This document shows, piece after piece, positions 61,372 to 64,000 of a stretch of 64,000 nt of DNA. A program made the translations under genes and the position numbers. Location of the stretch: NCBI GenBank assembly GCA_001643675.2, contig LSRY02000014.1:1674001-1738000 (forward strand), given 5' to 3'. Origin of the DNA: Monocercomonoides exilis PA203. Its lineage: Eukaryota; Protista; Preaxostyla. Every line of letters begins with the position of its first letter. Within the stretch, counting starts at the first letter, position 1. The notes under the pieces were generated by a model that ran no database searches, was not told the DNA's origin, and worked only from the letters and a program-made list of their open reading frames with translations.

Positions 61372-62878
61372 TCATTTATATGCGAAGCAATTAACAAATC
61401 TATTGTTTGGCTTCACATTTAAAGTATTATTCTTAACCAATGGACAACAGCTAACAACACAATCTTCGTGTCCATCTGCTTCCAATCTGTCAAAAATCTC
61501 TCTTTTCCTCTTCTTTCGCTTCTCCTCTTCGCTTTTTTCGCGGCATTTTCGGTTCAGTCTAATCCAAACGCTCTGCAAAAAACAGAAGCAACTCGAAATC
61601 ACATTGAAATTCATCGTTGGCTGAATAATCTCCTCAGAAATCGCATCAAATGCACATCTTTCTTCTCCTCTTTCTCTTTTTCCTCTTTTTCCTCTTTTTC
61701 CTACTTCTCTTTCTTCTTCTTCTCTTTCTCTTTCTCCTTCGCAGCTGTTTCTTCTCAAAAATGCGTCGATATTCACATTTCTCACCACAACCATCCTTTC
61801 CAACAGATAAAAGCATTCCTCCCAAATTTCTGTGTGATTCTCCTTTGCTTCCTTGCCCATCCTGATGACACATCTTATAATCCCCTCAAACTCCTTCTCA
61901 AACTCCTTGAAATACCACAAATACACTCCAAACACATTCAGCCACCTCAAAATCGTGTTGAAGTTTTTCGCTTCTTTTCCTCTTCTATCTTCTTCTTTTC
62001 CCTTCCAATCGACACACTTTCCCAGCTCTTCCAGTTCTCCAGCCATTTCCCTCAGAAAATGAAGCTCTTTTGCTGTTTCTATCACAAAGCCCTTGTTGCT
62101 CATTATCCTTCGAAACACAAATTTCCAGGCAGACTGATAGGCCAGGCGCGTAAGGTTGCCATGCTGCTGGTGGCGCTTAATGATGTCTGTTATCTTTTCT
62201 GAATACAACTCTGTTTCTATTTCCTGCTCATATCCCATTCATATAGGCATTTATGTGCATATGCAAATAGCGTACACACGCATAATAGGGAGAGAGAGAG
62301 AAAGAATTTTTTAAAATAAAATAAAATAAAATAAAAAAGTTAAAAATAAATGAATGTTAACAAAGAAGCTAAAATAGTCAAACACTCCAAGCATATATAT
62401 TACTTAAAGCCACTAATGACATTTCCACTTCTTTCTGTGTCATCTCATCTGCATCTATCTTTGAAGAAATTGCCAGCAACTTGGAAACATAAAATGTGAT
62501 CAAGTCATCTGGTATCTTGTAATTTTCTTCGAAAAGTGTAAGATTGCATTCGCACAGTCTGACAAGAAGCATTTCGTTCTTTTTTTCTTTTCTAACTTCC
62601 TCTTCAAGCATCTTCTCCACTCTATCATGCAAAAATGAATATTCAATGTTGGTCGTGTGTGAGCCTTCAAGAATTTTGTTGAATTCTACGCGCGTAATAA
62701 GAAAAACTGAATTTTCTAATGAAATTTTATTTTCTTTCATTTTGTCGATTTTGCGAAATAGATTGATTATAGAAATATGCATCAATTCTTTCCTTTTCAT
62801 GTGATCCGTAATAGCTAATAGAATAGAAATTATCTGCTGCTGTTCAGTGACTGAAGAACATTTTTGATCAAAAAACAT
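61372..62878 (-). CDS. Lineage-specific alpha-helical (ARM-like) repeat family protein; probable intron 62383-62224
   Basis: Two ORFs joinable in phase 0 (AGT|GTTTGA...CAG|GAA). KEVEMSLVALSN and HQQHGNLTRLAYQSAWKF resemble a large family recalled from Monocercomonoides; function unknown. Confidence 0.6.
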
Positions 62879-63318
62879 TTCTTTGTTTTGTCATAAATGT
62901 ATCGATTTCAAAATTTTTATCATTCGCATACCGAAAAACTTTTCTGGTAAAAATGATGGTTGAAAATCTGTATTTACATTGCATCTTTCAAAAAAATGTT
63001 TTTTAATTAAACAATAAATGCATTCTTATTAATTACAAAATCCGAAGGTTATACGTCATTTGTTGATACAAAAATATATAAGACCTGAACAATCAGCATT
63101 ATCATTAAAATTATTGAGATTTTTTCCAATATTTATTACTTTTTTCTTATCAAATAAATCCATTTATGGTTAAAATTATTTCGAAAAATCCATAGGATAA
63201 AACAAAGTTATTTGCATATTAAAAAAAAAAAAGATTTGACGATTTGATTCAAACAAATAATGTTATTAGAAAATATAAAAAAATTTTGTTTTTTTTTTTG
63301 AGAATTCTAATGGTAATA

Positions 63319-63694
63319 CAGATATTGCATAAAATACCGGACATCGCACAAAATACCGGACAAAATCGATTTCTCAATAACTGCAAGAGGAATAATTCTG
63401 ACAATTTTCCTCAAAATATATCTCATCAATACAAACTCATGTGATATACAAGACTTTCAAAATAGCCTTTTTTGTGCTCAGAAAAAAATTATCAAAATCT
63501 CGAAGAAACTCAAATTTCTATTTCTCCGATATTTCAATCATTCATTTTTTCTGAGCTCAAACGAAGCTGTCCTGAAAGTTTTGGATATCAAATGAGTTTG
63601 TATCAATGAGATATATTTTGAGGAAATTTGTCAGAATTTTTCTTCTTGCGGTTATTGAGATATCGATCTTGTCCGGTATTATTTTCATAATCTG
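63319..63694. mobile_element. Second copy of the ~380-bp hairpin MITE with TA target-site duplication
   Basis: TA|CAGATATTGC...TCTG|TA; colinear with 48177-48554 and similar shadow peptide (IAQNTG). Confidence 0.9.
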
Positions 63695-64000
63695 TAATGG
63701 ATAATATTTGCCATTGATTGTTGCATTTTATTCGAAAATTTCAACATGTGATTTATATAAAAATAAAACATTTTTTATTTTTGAACAAAAATTATATCCA
63801 GATAAAAAATCACCCTATTCTGAAAATGAATAAAATTTGATTTTAAAATATAATAATTTCTCGTTTTTCAATAAAAATTCTTGAATTTGATGATATTCGA
63901 AAAACAATGATTTTGTTTATTTCATATGTTTTATTGATGATTAAAACAGGAAAATAATTAACATTTATAAGAAAGATTATAAAAAAAGCATAATTATTTG

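Noticed and set aside
1-64000. tRNA or rRNA genes
   Set aside because: None recognised by eye; tRNAscan/Infernal were not run.

Overview
AT-rich, intron-containing eukaryotic DNA in the standard genetic code. Gene families and composition suggest an oxymonad such as Monocercomonoides; this is an inference. Contents in order: (1) a 5'-truncated, very low-complexity giant ORF with an AT-hook; (2) three members of a family of giant type-I membrane proteins with tandem GG-rich beta-helix-like modules, one TM and a degenerate tyrosine-kinase-like tail (one intact, one split by a single frameshift, one decayed), sharing patchwork near-identical cytoplasmic DNA; (3) a structurally complete but inactivated DIRS-type tyrosine-recombinase retrotransposon (26292-32410) with both ITRs and a textbook internal complementary region. 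It is inserted into an unknown minus-strand pseudogene that lies head-to-head with an intron-bearing pogo/Fot1-like DD35D transposase remnant; (4) a near-perfect 440-bp-arm foldback and several MITE-like hairpins; (5) spliced host genes missed by the ORF track: a PHD-finger protein, an 8-exon PTEN homologue, an AEC/PIN-PILS-type transporter and a lineage-specific helical-repeat family member. All exon models, alignments and mismatch counts were made by eye.
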